From a virus: a stretch of 64,000 nucleotides of DNA. The stretch lies in IMG/VR virus record IMGVR_UViG_3300039008_000031, positions 1-64,000 of that record; one strand, written 5' to 3'. The notes beneath the pieces are model-generated. The model saw nothing but the letters and a program-made list of their open reading frames with translations. It did not search any database and had not been told where the DNA came from. The position numbers and the translations under genes were made by a program. How positions within the stretch are numbered: the first letter of the stretch is position 1; every line of letters begins with the position of its first letter. Positions 9,775 to 17,576 of the stretch are shown one piece after another.

Positions 9775-9810
9775 GGGGTCTTCGACACCCTACTCCTTCG
9801 GCCTTCGGCC
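9775..9810 (+). promoter_or_regulatory. Two adjacent small hairpins with TTC loops; candidate vRNAP early-promoter hairpins
   Basis: The hairpins are GGGGTC-TTC-GAC(A)CCC (9775-9790) and GGCC-TTC-GGCC (9800-9810, within the tandem CCTTCGG CCTTCGG). They sit in the 320-nt ORF-free leader of the first plus-strand gene. On the template strand the loops read GAA. Confidence 0.2.
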
Positions 9811-9982
9811 TCAGAATATTTCTATCCTTTCCCCGGATACTCGAAGGTGGCTACGAATTATGAGAATGATGAGGTTAAGAAATGGACGCCAGTCCATTTC
9901 GTACCGAAGAGTTCGAATAAATCGGAGACATCTGAGCAGTACCTTTCTTTTGTGATTTTCCTAAACCAAAGAAAGAAATCGT

Positions 9983-10249
9983 ATGACCAAACATGTACTG
10001 AGACACAAAGAGACTGGGCGTTATCTTGGTCCTAAATCAAAAATCCGTTGGCGGAAACACAAAGCATCTCTCAATGAGATCACAGTGACAGACCTCGATA
10101 AAGCACGGGTATTCTCCACACTCTCTGCAGCACACAACTGTGACTTCATTGCCAAGGATGTGGACACCTCTGTCTTCTACAAGAACCGAACCCATACCGG
10201 CCCCAATTTCGAATACGAAGCTGTCCCAGTCGTTCTGGTTCTCAAATGA
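9983..10249 (+). CDS. Hypothetical early protein (88 aa, basic)
   Basis: The ATG is preceded by AAACCAAAGAAAGAAATCGT. This is the first ORF of the plus-strand block. Confidence 0.6.
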   Translation: MTKHVLRHKETGRYLGPKSKIRWRKHKASLNEITVTDLDKARVFSTLSAAHNCDFIAKDVDTSVFYKNRTHTGPNFEYEAVPVVLVLK

Positions 10250-10524
10250 GCAAGACTCTTATGATCCCGTTGTTGGAGAAGGCCACACCTTTCGCTTGGC
10301 AAGTCCCTGATCAAACCTATGAAAAGTTCAAGGAATGGCAGCATTGTGTGGTCAACCCACAACTCTGGTCCCACCTTCAACCAGAAATAGAAGCACATGC
10401 CCAAAGTGTCGTAGAAAGTTTCTTTGCCTCTATTGAAAAATGGAAGACTGAAACCAGAGAAGAAATCTCCATCTACGAACGTCTTGAAGAAGCCCGAAAC
10501 CAAGCAAAGGAGGTCTTCGCATGA
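10246..10524 (+). CDS. Hypothetical early protein (92 aa)
   Basis: It shares an ATGA overlap with the upstream ORF. The amino-acid composition looks plausible. Confidence 0.6.
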   Translation: MSKTLMIPLLEKATPFAWQVPDQTYEKFKEWQHCVVNPQLWSHLQPEIEAHAQSVVESFFASIEKWKTETREEISIYERLEEARNQAKEVFA

Positions 10525-10760
10525 TGATAGAAATGTCAACAGATACTGTTGAACGACTCCAAAAGCTTCTGGAAACTTTGGACAATGTTCTCTCTCTTCA
10601 TGAAGATGCTGGGGTCTTTTATGATTTAGATGAGATTATTGAACCATGGACTCCCTCTGACCAAGAAACCTTAGACGATCCTGTTCAAATATCTTGTCCC
10701 GAATTTACCGTAGGTACTTTGAAAGAAGCCCGTATCCTCAAAGAAAACCTTAAACTCTGA
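10521..10760 (+). CDS. Hypothetical acidic early protein (79 aa)
   Basis: It shares an ATGA overlap with the upstream ORF, with an SD AAGGAGG upstream. The sequence is rich in D/E. Confidence 0.6.
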   Translation: MMIEMSTDTVERLQKLLETLDNVLSLHEDAGVFYDLDEIIEPWTPSDQETLDDPVQISCPEFTVGTLKEARILKENLKL

Positions 10761-10883
10761 AGGTAGCTCACTCTAATAACCTTTAGACCCATTGGAAAAT
10801 TGGCTATTTTCGCGAATGGGACCAATCCCATATACCCAAAATTATGCAAAATTTTTTGGAAAAAAATGAATATGATACTGACA

Positions 10884-10931
10884 GGGGGTAGGTCTTTCAC
10901 CTTGTCCCTACACTTAGGGCAACCTACCCCC
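10884..10931. repeat. Nested inverted repeat in an ORF-free spacer
   Basis: GGGGGTAGGT (10884-10893) pairs with ACCTACCCCC (10922-10931). These arms enclose an inner CCCTA-CACT-TAGGG hairpin, and a C9 run follows. Confidence 0.7.
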
Positions 10932-11063
10932 CCCCGGTCTTCTTATCTCTCTCATTTATACCCCCCATCATTTACACACGCTACACTCCCACACAACACT
11001 GTTACACTTATCGTCGCTTCGCTCCTCTTGGATACATCAACATCTACTCAGGAGCACACTATC

Positions 11064-11318
11064 ATGTCCATCATCAACGCACTGTCCAAGTCCATCGTCT
11101 CTGCACTCACCACTGTCACCGATGTGGCTGATACAGCAGGAAAAGCTGTCTCTATTGGTACCCAATATGTGGACCATAGGGCAAAGAAGTTCACCATCGT
11201 AGATCAACTTGCAGTTCGTACTGCCACAGCTGAAGACCTCGCTGACCTGTCTGCAAGACTGGATAACAACGAGAAAGCAAAAGAACACTTCATCGCTCTC
11301 GAAGATATGTTCAACTAA
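11064..11318 (+). CDS. Hypothetical early protein (84 aa)
   Basis: Start refined to ATG 11064 (MSIINALSKSIV...), which has an AGGAG 8 nt upstream. The upstream part of the tracked 172-aa ORF is a Pro/Ser/Thr-rich read-through of the C-rich spacer. Confidence 0.6.
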   Translation: MSIINALSKSIVSALTTVTDVADTAGKAVSIGTQYVDHRAKKFTIVDQLAVRTATAEDLADLSARLDNNEKAKEHFIALEDMFN

Positions 11319-11327
11319 ACAACTTCC

Positions 11328-11349
11328 TCTTCCCAAATGGGGAGAGGAT
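11328..11349 (+). terminator. Hairpin after the 84-aa gene (terminator-like, no U-tract)
   Basis: The structure is CCTCTTCCC-AAAT-GGGGAGAGG, a 9-bp stem with one G-U pair, located 10 nt after the stop. Confidence 0.35.
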
Positions 11350-11416
11350 ACCTCAGCTCTACATAGACTGCTTCTGAACCCATACTGAAACCTGACCTTC
11401 TCCATAGGACTACCTC

Positions 11417-11593
11417 ATGAAACTCATCTGCGTACTGATCTGTTTGATTCTCCTCGGCCTCATGACTGGTATCTCACTCTTCGTGTGGAACCATATTTAC
11501 GAAGTCTTCATGGTTCTCATCCTCACCATCCTCATGGTGGGAATCTATCGTACCTTCAAAGAAGGTATCGACTACTACAATCGTAACTCTTAA
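11417..11593 (+). CDS. Small two-TM membrane protein (58 aa; below the track's size cutoff)
   Basis: Hand translation gives MKLICVLICLILLGLMTGISLFVWNHIYEVFMVLILTILMVGIYRTFKEGIDYYNRNS*. The SD is weak (AGGA). Confidence 0.5.
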   Translation: MKLICVLICLILLGLMTGISLFVWNHIYEVFMVLILTILMVGIYRTFKEGIDYYNRNS

Positions 11594-11698
11594 CCTTATC
11601 TGGTTAAGAGAACAAAACGTGTACAAAAACCTGTTTTGAGTCCTAGAGTTCTCCCTTCAAATCTAAGTTGGGTGAGCTTCGGTCTCCAAATGGAGAGG

Positions 11699-11715
11699 GA
11701 CATGCTTCGCATGTC
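11699..11715 (+). promoter_or_regulatory. Candidate vRNAP hairpin promoter (perfect 7-bp stem, 3-nt loop)
   Basis: The structure is GACATGC-TTC-GCATGTC, so the template-strand loop is GAA with a central purine. It lies 47 nt upstream of the 137-aa gene. N4 vRNAP promoters are hairpins with a 5-7 bp stem and a 3-nt loop. Confidence 0.35.
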
Positions 11716-11761
11716 TTGGGAATAATCCCATTTCACATGATACAACTGAAGGAATAATATC

Positions 11762-12175
11762 ATGGGCGTACAACTCGTTAGCAACAACCGCAACAACAAC
11801 TCCAACCGTCGTAGTGGCAACAGCCGCAATGATCAGCCGTCGGAATTCGAAGGCATCTGGCTGAACATCGGTGTCATGACCGGTGACGAAAATGATCCTG
11901 AGAACCAACGCTTCCTGCGTCTGCCTCGTGGTGTCGCAATCGAAGATCTGCAGACTCGTCGTGTTTATGACACGATGGATCCTGACTTCGCAGAAGACGT
12001 TCATACCACCAACAACCTGATCAAGACTCTGCAAGAACTGGGTCTGGAACTGGAAGAAGGCGAATCGATGAATCTGAACCTGAGCGTCCAGATCTATCGT
12101 CGTCAGGAAGCACAGGAAGATGCTGGTCCGACCAAGGAAGACCGCAAAGCTCTGCGTGCTGCACTGCTGGCATAA
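11762..12175 (+). CDS. Hypothetical early protein (137 aa) with a strongly biased codon set
   Basis: The SD is GAAGGA. The N-terminus is Asn/Arg-rich (NNRNNNSNRRSGNSRND) and the C-terminal half is acidic. The gene is bracketed by the hairpin at 11699 and a strong terminator. Confidence 0.7.
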   Translation: MGVQLVSNNRNNNSNRRSGNSRNDQPSEFEGIWLNIGVMTGDENDPENQRFLRLPRGVAIEDLQTRRVYDTMDPDFAEDVHTTNNLIKTLQELGLELEEGESMNLNLSVQIYRRQEAQEDAGPTKEDRKALRAALLA

Positions 12176-12185
12176 CTGAAAACAA

Positions 12186-12221
12186 CCTGAACTCTGGGGA
12201 AACTCGGAGTTCAGGCTTTTT
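12186..12221 (+). terminator. Rho-independent terminator
   Basis: The 9-bp stem CCTGAACTC / GAGTTCAGG is followed by CTTTTT. Confidence 0.7.
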
Positions 12222-12282
12222 GGAAGAGATAGACCTCATCTTGCGAGTCTAGAAACCTCTTCTTTTTGCTTCGCAACAGATA

Positions 12283-12317
12283 GAACTTTCAATTTGATGA
12301 CTTAATCCTGAAAGTTC
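12283..12317. repeat. Perfect 9-bp inverted repeat upstream of the RNAP II small-subunit gene
   Basis: GAACTTTCA (12283-12291) pairs with TGAAAGTTC (12309-12317), leaving a 17-nt loop. Confidence 0.6.
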
Positions 12318-12361
12318 GAAATCAATCAACATTTGGCTAAAACACAACTGGGGTCTAACCT

Positions 12362-13165
12362 ATGGAAATCGTACAAGCTGCAGATATGACTGAAACCCAG
12401 AAAAATCTGGAACTTCTGTTTAACAAGAACCAACTAATTCCTGTACTTCGTGAGCAATTTCAAGAAGTTACTGAGGATCCATTCGAAGTTGATGTACTGG
12501 TACAAATCTATCTGCACAAGCAAGCTGATGTTGCAACTATGGTTGGTATCTTCACTCCTAAGTGGGGGAAACCACAAGACGTAGCAGACATGCTGCTGGA
12601 ATGTGCTGAGAAAGATCTGTTGGACTTTGCTGCTGACAAAGGTGTCTTCTCACTGAAATATGCTGTGTCTGAAGACGTGGAAGTGATGTTGGCACGTTAT
12701 CAATATCCTCTGCCGATGATTACCAAACCAAAGGAGATCTACAGCAACAAAGGTGCTGCATCTTGTACTGGGTATGAGACAATCAAAGCTCCTCTGGTGC
12801 TGAATGGATCTGATGTCTTTGATGGAATGGACATCTGTGTTGATCACCTGAACCGAGCAAATGCTGTTGCTCTGAGTTTGGATATGGATGTGCTGGCAAC
12901 ACCAGAGGGAAAACCTCTGATGCCCAAACGAAAACAGGGTGAAGAGTATGCTGATTACCTGAAGCGTAAACGTCAGGCAGAAACATTCTATGGTGTCAGT
13001 GAAGAAGTCATGAATGGACTGCTGGCATTTGGGAATGAACTGTACCTGACTCATAAATATGATCGTCGTGGACGGACATATGCCAGTGGTTATCATGTGA
13101 ATACGCAAGGCACAGACTGGAACAAAGCTGTGCTGGAACTAGCAAACAAAGAGGTAGTGGAATGA
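12362..13165 (+). CDS. Phage RNA polymerase II, N-terminal subunit (N4 gp15/RNAP1-like)
   Basis: The 267-aa product carries T7-RNAP N-terminal-like segments: YPLPMITKP, LNRANAVALSLD, and LYLTHKYDRRGRTYASGYHVNTQG (compare T7 DWRGRVY...NPQG). Confidence 0.8.
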   Translation: MEIVQAADMTETQKNLELLFNKNQLIPVLREQFQEVTEDPFEVDVLVQIYLHKQADVATMVGIFTPKWGKPQDVADMLLECAEKDLLDFAADKGVFSLKYAVSEDVEVMLARYQYPLPMITKPKEIYSNKGAASCTGYETIKAPLVLNGSDVFDGMDICVDHLNRANAVALSLDMDVLATPEGKPLMPKRKQGEEYADYLKRKRQAETFYGVSEEVMNGLLAFGNELYLTHKYDRRGRTYASGYHVNTQGTDWNKAVLELANKEVVE

Positions 13166-13353
13166 GTGATTTTACTGCAGGCGTTCTTTGTGGTTTTACC
13201 ACATTCCTTGTAATTCTTTCGTTGGTGTCATTGCTATGATCTTCTGGAACCAACAGCCCATCAACTACAACGAAAACCCTGACCCAATGGAGATGAATAG
13301 GTTTGCACAACATGTTCTGATTCTTGGTGCCCAATACAGAGGAGAAATCCCAA

Positions 13354-13692
13354 ATGAGTAAGCAAAGCATCTCTTTGGAGTGGAAAGAAATCGAGTTTTG
13401 GTGGGATAGGTACTATCGCAAATGTGTAAGATCTGGTTGGGGAGTAGAAATACAAGAAACCTCCAAACTGAAGAATATCCCGAAAGATCTGAAATGCTGC
13501 TTTGAACGGCATGAAGGTTCTCAATACCCTCTGACCTACGAACAAGGAAAGTTCTTCTTTGTTACTTGGCAAGAATGGGACAGGACTCTTCATGAAATCA
13601 AACCCGGAGATTGGATTGTAGAGACAGCTGATTTCGATGTCTTGCACATATCAAAACAAAAGCTAATTGCCTCAAAAACCCTCGAAAGTTAG
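13354..13692 (+). CDS. Hypothetical protein (112 aa)
   Basis: Start refined to ATG 13354 (MSKQSISLEWKEIEFWW...), with an AGGAG 12 nt upstream. Confidence 0.55.
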   Translation: MSKQSISLEWKEIEFWWDRYYRKCVRSGWGVEIQETSKLKNIPKDLKCCFERHEGSQYPLTYEQGKFFFVTWQEWDRTLHEIKPGDWIVETADFDVLHISKQKLIASKTLES

Positions 13693-13700
13693 GATTTTTA

Positions 13701-14174
13701 ATGTCGGAAATCACTATGGCTCTAGAAGAGTTGGCTGATCTGATTAGACCTTCATACGCAGCCAACAACGAAGCTCATGCTATCAAACTGCTTATGGCAC
13801 TTTCTGGTGCCTCATTTGCAGATTGTGAAGACTTCTATGAAGGTACTCTCGTTCCTTTCTTCAAAGGAGAAGTAAGCACAAGGAATATAAAATCCTACTT
13901 TGATTTGGATGAAGAACGTAAGAACACATCTAAGGAGGCTGTAGAAACAGACATTCCTCCTATGTTCTTGGTTGGTCACACATACCTTCAACTAAATGGA
14001 TCACCTGTGACGATCATTGGCAAAACCAATGACAACACAGAGTCTGAGACTGTTTACAGCATTGATTCCAATGGAAACACTATCCATCGTTACAACCGTC
14101 GTGACTTTGGTCGTGTGACTGGAACAGATCACAACAACCCTGATCCTCGCAACCTCATCCCTCTGGAGAAATAA
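13701..14174 (+). CDS. Hypothetical protein (157 aa)
   Basis: This ORF has an SD-like AGGA upstream. No motif was recognised. Confidence 0.6.
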   Translation: MSEITMALEELADLIRPSYAANNEAHAIKLLMALSGASFADCEDFYEGTLVPFFKGEVSTRNIKSYFDLDEERKNTSKEAVETDIPPMFLVGHTYLQLNGSPVTIIGKTNDNTESETVYSIDSNGNTIHRYNRRDFGRVTGTDHNNPDPRNLIPLEK

Positions 14175-14175
14175 T

Positions 14176-14373
14176 ATGAGACTGTTTAACGGAACCAGAG
14201 AAAGAATGTTCGCACAGGCTCGGAACCTAAATCCGAGCTTGGGAGATCCTTTCCAAAATCCTGTGGATCTTACTGTGAAAGACTTGGCTGAAGAAGCAAG
14301 GCGTGTTGAGATCCTGAAGAAGCAGATGGATGATTATCTGCTTACATTCAATGCCTTGCTGGAGGGTAAGTAA
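14176..14373 (+). CDS. Hypothetical protein (65 aa)
   Basis: It is tightly packed between neighbours: 1 nt after the upstream stop, with its stop overlapping the next ATG. Confidence 0.5.
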   Translation: MRLFNGTRERMFAQARNLNPSLGDPFQNPVDLTVKDLAEEARRVEILKKQMDDYLLTFNALLEGK

Positions 14374-14648
14374 TGCCCAAGCGATTCAAACTCTGGCTTG
14401 CAAAGAAGCTGCTTCGTGAATTGACTGAACTGGGTGTCCCTCCTGAAGTGTTCTTCGAACCAATGTCGAAGGGATACCACGAGTGCTACTACGAGGATAA
14501 CCTCGCAAACCGTTACTGGTTCATGAAAGAAGGGTTGGACAACACTCCTTCGTTCCAAGGGTATGTGAATGGTTGGCTCCGTAATGGATCCTACGGTCAC
14601 TTCAAATCGACACGAGGAAATCCAGATGTCTCACCTAACACCCCGTAA
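14373..14648 (+). CDS. Hypothetical protein (91 aa)
   Basis: Its start overlaps the upstream stop as TAATG. Confidence 0.5.
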   Translation: MPKRFKLWLAKKLLRELTELGVPPEVFFEPMSKGYHECYYEDNLANRYWFMKEGLDNTPSFQGYVNGWLRNGSYGHFKSTRGNPDVSPNTP

Positions 14649-14850
14649 AACTGGTCGAACAAGGCTGAAACCTCTGACCATTGGTATGTGGTGGTGGAAG
14701 CGAACTGTTCTGATCCACCAGACAGAGTTCAAAGGCTTCGTACCAGAATACTGTAGTGGGATGGTCGGTGGATTCACCAAATGCTGGTGGGCCGATACTA
14801 AACCAGAATGGAGAATGGAGTTGGATGGGGCAGTACCTGAAGACACTTAA
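14626..14850 (+). CDS. Hypothetical protein (74 aa, Trp-rich)
   Basis: Start refined to ATG 14626 (MSHLTPRKTGRTRLKPLTIGMWWWK...). It overlaps the previous ORF by 23 nt. Confidence 0.45.
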   Translation: MSHLTPRKTGRTRLKPLTIGMWWWKRTVLIHQTEFKGFVPEYCSGMVGGFTKCWWADTKPEWRMELDGAVPEDT

Positions 14851-14939
14851 ATCAGCAGCACATGCACGGAATTATGGTGCATCTGAACTCATGCTGGCCA
14901 CAATGACTGGCCAGTATCCTCCTCCTCACAAAGCTATGG

Positions 14940-15551
14940 ATGAATTCTATGAAAACCCTGAAGATCGACGAGAAATGGTCAGTCCAGTACGACGAGACCA
15001 ACAACGACAAACCGATTTTGATCCTTCGCTATGGATCTGAAGCAGGCAAGTTCCATTCGGAAATGCAGAACTGGATCATTGCTATGTTCTACGCTCTGCT
15101 GGAGAAAACCAAAGAGCCTGAGACACAGGTGACTGAGGAAGTGGTAAATGGTCCTCGTGAAGAACTGACTACTCTTGAAGACATCGAAAGCTTCGCATGG
15201 GCTGCTTCCCTTAAAAAGAGTGCCAACGTGTTCGGTGCATTCATGCACTGCAAAAAGACGATGAATGCTGCAGAGATCCTTGCGAAATGCTGGAAGGATG
15301 ATCTGTTCCCTGACTTCTACCAAGGTCTGAGTCTTGGTCGTCCACTGATCACCAACAGTGAGCTGATTGAGGTAGCTAAAGAGAATGTCATCCTGAAACG
15401 GTGGATCTGTCTGAAATGGTCTGCAGAATCGTCCAAGGTAGTCAACCGTACTCTGCACAATGCAGAGCTGCGAGCAATGGTGAATGAACTGGCTAAGTTG
15501 GAACGTAAGAATGCTAAACAGACAAAACCTGCTGTTTCAAAGGGAAGCTGA
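14940..15551 (+). CDS. Hypothetical protein (203 aa)
   Basis: This is the longest frame in the region. The start could be 14940 or 14949 (MKTLKIDEKW...). Confidence 0.6.
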   Translation: MNSMKTLKIDEKWSVQYDETNNDKPILILRYGSEAGKFHSEMQNWIIAMFYALLEKTKEPETQVTEEVVNGPREELTTLEDIESFAWAASLKKSANVFGAFMHCKKTMNAAEILAKCWKDDLFPDFYQGLSLGRPLITNSELIEVAKENVILKRWICLKWSAESSKVVNRTLHNAELRAMVNELAKLERKNAKQTKPAVSKGS

Positions 15552-15708
15552 GACTCTCGTTTCTCTGCTGGTTCCAAAATACGCTCAGGCTGCCACCATC
15601 AAAAAAGATGGTGGTGGTTACTGGATTAACGTCCAATGGAATTGTGGTGTGACAGCACCGCTAACGACGAATGAAGCCTTACAAGCACAAGGGAAAGCCC
15701 CAAAATGA
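15511..15708 (+). CDS. Possible small ORF bridging two genes
   Basis: It overlaps the 3' end of the 203-aa gene, and its stop overlaps the next ATG (ATGA at 15705). The start is uncertain (15484 or 15511). Confidence 0.3.
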   Translation: MLNRQNLLFQREAETLVSLLVPKYAQAATIKKDGGGYWINVQWNCGVTAPLTTNEALQAQGKAPK

Positions 15709-16157
15709 CTTACCACTCTCGTACTCGTCGAACCACAAACAAACGTATGGTGCCTTTCAGAGGGAGGTTTCTGGAAGGGAAAGAACATAAGATCCCTTAC
15801 CTCACCTCTTACAAGAGTGAATCTATCGACCCTGTGACTGGGAAGTACCATGGTTATCGCCATGCAGGAGGGGTTATGCGTCACCTGAAGAAACGAGCAC
15901 GCCAAACAAACAAAGCTTTGATCGCAGATGCTCTTTTAGAGTTTGAAGACCAAACACCATGTAACTGGTGTGGCTCCGATGACTGTGACAACCCTATAGC
16001 TTGTCGTCAGGAAGAAGAAAACTGTCACGATTTCGATCAATGGGTTTACGACAATTGGGAACGTGAGTTCCATGAGGAATACATTGAAGAAGAGGATGAC
16101 GATCCTTACTTTCTTGATCCCTATCTCGATGACTACAATCTCGACTGGAAATACTGA
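15705..16157 (+). CDS. Hypothetical protein (150 aa): basic N-terminus, Cys cluster, very acidic C-terminus
   Basis: The segments are RTRRTTNKR..., CNWCGSDDCDNPIAC, and EEYIEEEDDDPYFLDPYLDDYNLDWKY. Confidence 0.65.
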   Translation: MTYHSRTRRTTNKRMVPFRGRFLEGKEHKIPYLTSYKSESIDPVTGKYHGYRHAGGVMRHLKKRARQTNKALIADALLEFEDQTPCNWCGSDDCDNPIACRQEEENCHDFDQWVYDNWEREFHEEYIEEEDDDPYFLDPYLDDYNLDWKY

Positions 16158-16220
16158 CTTAACTTCGTAACCCAACCCACTGAAACCAAACGAAAAAACC
16201 TAACCAGAAGGACTACCAAA

Positions 16221-17423
16221 ATGTCCACTTTCCAGACCCTGACCGGCAAAGAATACCTGATGGCTGACATCGCGTGCAAACACGACAAAGCCTGTGAGAA
16301 GTTCCAGTGGGACGAACGTATTGCACACTTCCACACTCTGAACCTCGACGACAGCCGGATCTACAAACAGGCGTCTAACCCTATTGGTCTGCGTGCAGCA
16401 ATTCTGGCTTACCAGAAGACCCTGCGTAACGAAGCAACTGGTTACATGATCTCTCTGGATGCTGCATCCTCGGGTATGCAACTACTGTCCATTCTGATTG
16501 GCTGCCCTGTGAGCTTCAAGCTGTGTGGTGGTGATGACAGCATTCTGGACAGCTATGCTCGTATCTATGAGTCCATGGATGTGGGTTCTACCCTGACACG
16601 TAAGTCGGTGAAGTCGGCAATCATGACTGCACTGTATGGCTCTACAGCTACTCCTGAAGCTGTGTTTGGTTCCAACATCGACCTGTTCTATGAAACCATG
16701 GAAACAATGGCACCGGGTGCTTGGCAACTGAACATGGCTCTGCAAGACCTGTGGACCCATGTGAAGGGCAACACCTATGATTGGGTACTGCCAGACAACT
16801 TCTATGCTTGTATTGAAACCAAGGACAAAGAAGTGGAGACTGTTGAACTCTTGGGTCAAAAGCATGACATCGTTATGACTGTGGATGCTCGTCCTATGTT
16901 CCACAAAGGTCTGGGTCCGAACCTGATTCACTCTGTGGATGGTATGATTGTACGGGAAATGTATCGTCGCTGTATGTTCGACAAGAACCGTATCAATGAG
17001 ATCCTGAACATCATCAATGGCACAGAAGCATTCCGTTTCGGTAAGAAACGTGCTGAAGAAGCCAAAGAAGCAGTGACAATCCTCTGGAACCACTACAAAG
17101 AGACTGGCTTCCTGTCTGTACGTATCCTCGACTACATCGACAGTGATACCATCACCATGGTTGATGAACTGGTCATCGCTAAGATGGTCAACTCTTTGCC
17201 TGCAAAGGCATTCGATGTGGTTGCAGTTCATGACTGTTTCCGCTGCCACCCGAACTACGGCAACGACCTGCGTATCCAGTACAACACCATTATTGCAGAT
17301 CTGAACGACAGCAACCTGCTGAAGTTCCTTGCATCTCAGGTGGTGGGACGTAACGTGAATGGCCGTAAGATCGGTAAGATCGACCGTGAGCATATCATGC
17401 AAGCGAACTACCTGATCGGTTAA
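16221..17423 (+). CDS. Phage RNA polymerase II, catalytic subunit (N4 gp16/RNAP2-like)
   Basis: T7-like motifs appear in order: A is SLDAASSGMQLLS, B is RKSVKSAIMTALYGS, C is VAVHDCF. The product is 400 aa. Confidence 0.85.
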   Translation: MSTFQTLTGKEYLMADIACKHDKACEKFQWDERIAHFHTLNLDDSRIYKQASNPIGLRAAILAYQKTLRNEATGYMISLDAASSGMQLLSILIGCPVSFKLCGGDDSILDSYARIYESMDVGSTLTRKSVKSAIMTALYGSTATPEAVFGSNIDLFYETMETMAPGAWQLNMALQDLWTHVKGNTYDWVLPDNFYACIETKDKEVETVELLGQKHDIVMTVDARPMFHKGLGPNLIHSVDGMIVREMYRRCMFDKNRINEILNIINGTEAFRFGKKRAEEAKEAVTILWNHYKETGFLSVRILDYIDSDTITMVDELVIAKMVNSLPAKAFDVVAVHDCFRCHPNYGNDLRIQYNTIIADLNDSNLLKFLASQVVGRNVNGRKIGKIDREHIMQANYLIG

Positions 17424-17429
17424 AACAAA

Positions 17430-17470
17430 ATATCCCCAGCTTCCAAATAGGAGGCTGGGGATATTTTTTT
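17430..17470 (+). terminator. Rho-independent terminator
   Basis: The 11-bp stem ATATCCCCAGC / GCTGGGGATAT is followed by T7, located 7 nt after the RNAP2 stop. Confidence 0.8.
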
Positions 17471-17533
17471 GACCAAACCCATCAAACGACGAGAAGAGCA
17501 CCATGACCAAGCAATACTCGTCTAGCATTATTT

Positions 17534-17576
17534 AAACCAAAGACACAAGAACTGTTTCTTTTTCTCTTTGGTTTTT
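17534..17576 (+). promoter_or_regulatory. 10-bp inverted repeat AAACCAAAGA / TCTTTGGTTT in the 5' leader of the AAA+ gene
   Basis: The arms at 17534-17543 and 17567-17576 are perfectly complementary. Both are instances of the recurrent AAACCAA / TTGGTTT motif pair. Confidence 0.5.

Noticed and set aside
9677-10035. ORFs of 92 aa and 62 aa in the leader of the early region.
   Set aside because: Their composition is Arg/Ser-rich, they have no SD, and they overlap the hairpin cluster and the first credible early gene.
16482-17528. A 348-aa minus-strand ORF opposite RNAP2, and a 608-aa minus-strand ORF at 37732-39558 opposite nrdJ.
   Set aside because: These are in-phase antisense artefacts of codon bias. 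The plus-strand frames carry unambiguous catalytic motifs.
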